From: a virus
Lineage: Duplodnaviria; Caudoviricetes
Strand: one strand, 5' to 3'
DNA: 64,000 nt
IMG/VR virus record: IMGVR_UViG_3300036987_000310
Coordinates: 224,001 to 288,000 of that record
Shown here: one piece after another, positions 63,002-64,000 of the stretch
How the letters are laid out: each line of letters opens with the position of its first letter
How positions within the stretch are numbered: position 1 is the stretch's first letter
Notes under the pieces: generated by a model
Databases searched by the model: none
What the model was told of the DNA's origin: nothing
What the model saw: only the letters and a program-made list of their open reading frames with translations
Made by a program: the position numbers and the translations under genes

Positions 63002-63635
63002 ACGCAGGCTTGTTCATGATGTGCTAGAACTGAATGTTTCGCAACAGGATTTGTTGGAAGTCGATGGCTCCATAGAGGGAGCCAGGCAGGCTCAACAATT
63101 CATAAAGACATTTCCCACCTTTGGCGAGTCTCGAGTTGTTTTGGTGGACGGGCACAATTTTTCCGATTCAGCGCAAGACGCATACTTGAAAATATGCGAG
63201 GATGGGACTGATTTTTCAACCATAATGATGATTGTTGACGATGGAGTAGTTCTGCGTCCGGCGCTCTTGTCTAGGGTTGTCGTGATGAGACTGTTTGAAA
63301 AAATCTCCGGAGACGATTTTTTGTCTTCTGTCATGCGCGAAAAACGTGAGCTTTCAGGTGTGTTGTCTGTCAACGCTCAAGAGATGGAGAGCCTCCATGC
63401 TGCTGTATGTAGCGCTATGGAAGGAAATGTCGATCTCCTCCACATTCCTCGTTTCATGTCGGAATGGTCGAAACTGGATGACGATATGAAAGAGGCTGTT
63501 TTGGCCGTATTTGACCACGCCATAGGCAACTGTTTTGGCACCAGGGCCGCCAACATATCTAAACTCGTCGACACTTTGAGATCTGTGCCATCTGCGAATG
63601 CCGAAATACACTGGTGGCGATCATGCTTAGCATGA
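62904..63635 (+). CDS. DNA polymerase III delta-prime-like clamp-loader subunit (degenerate AAA+)
   Basis: VEGPRKTGK, VVLVDGHNFSDSAQDAYLKICED, LRPALLSRV. Confidence 0.75.
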   Translation: MQRTRGELEREILQAVSCPPARIVVEGPRKTGKRRLVHDVLELNVSQQDLLEVDGSIEGARQAQQFIKTFPTFGESRVVLVDGHNFSDSAQDAYLKICEDGTDFSTIMMIVDDGVVLRPALLSRVVVMRLFEKISGDDFLSSVMREKRELSGVLSVNAQEMESLHAAVCSAMEGNVDLLHIPRFMSEWSKLDDDMKEAVLAVFDHAIGNCFGTRAANISKLVDTLRSVPSANAEIHWWRSCLA

Positions 63636-63656
63636 CGTGATGTAATGTGCTCATTC

Positions 63657-64000
63657 GTGAGCACACTCATACTTGTTAACGGGGACGACGACTTTCTGAA
63701 AGAGCGAGTTGCTCTTGATGAAGCCGCCATGGCTTTGACTTCGAACGTGATTCAGTTTACGTTTCCAGAAGACATGGACAGATATCTGGAGTTTTTAGAC
63801 GTTCGTCCAATATCTGATGTTCAAAACGTAACGATCATCTGGAATGCGTCTAGCGTTCCAGATGCTTTGAACGACGGTGTCACCATAATTGTTGCCTCTA
63901 AAGGAAAAGTTTTAAGTAACAACGGAGCAAAGCGCACTGTTAACGTAAAGAAGCCGAAACCATATGATAACGGAATTGAATATGTAAATTGGATTCTGAA
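63657..64000 (+). CDS. DNA polymerase III delta-like subunit, truncated by the window end
   Basis: Translated manually: MSTLILVNGDDDFLKERVA.., resembles the HolA N-terminus; adjacent to the delta-prime-like gene. Confidence 0.55.
   Translation, partial: MSTLILVNGDDDFLKERVALDEAAMALTSNVIQFTFPEDMDRYLEFLDVRPISDVQNVTIIWNASSVPDALNDGVTIIVASKGKVLSNNGAKRTVNVKKPKPYDNGIEYVNWIL

Noticed and set aside
1-64000. Assigning a host taxon or phage family
   Set aside because: No capsid, terminase or marker gene lies in this window; GC-rich codons and ECF-type promoters are only suggestive.

Overview
This window is a gene-dense fragment of what is most likely a large tailed phage genome. It has no rRNA or housekeeping operons, one tRNA-Lys(UUU), more than 100 mostly short ORFs, strong GGAGGTGA ribosome-binding sites and two homing-type HNH genes. 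The host cannot be named from sequence alone. The left ~46 kb is an accessory/early region arranged as two divergent arms (minus strand 758-11617, plus strand 11792-34344). These arms are driven by 24 copies of an ECF-sigma-type promoter, G(G/C/A)A(A/G)(C/G)-N16-GTAT. The main discovery is that about 35 otherwise unrelated proteins in this region end in the same C-terminal tag, an acidic helix followed by [V/I/T/L]-[M/H/Q]-x-x-COOH (VHES, VMES, VQDG, IMRD, VQEE and so on), always exactly two residues before the stop. About a dozen of the carriers belong to an expanded family of Zn-finger microproteins, and copies of the tag-coding DNA also occur as orphans. This suggests an undescribed peptide-address system (packaging/ejection, import, degradation or hub docking). 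The right ~18 kb holds more conserved genes: a PG-binding endolysin-like protein, an HhH glycosylase-like protein, a dNMP kinase, a DHH phosphoesterase, ThyX, a PurZ-like adenylosuccinate synthetase homologue (Z-genome signature), an SLT-like muramidase, an unusual split ECF sigma factor with a DnaA-like HTH tail, and Pol III delta-prime/delta-like clamp-loader subunits. All family assignments are from motif recognition by eye; no database searches were run, and many start codons are best guesses.
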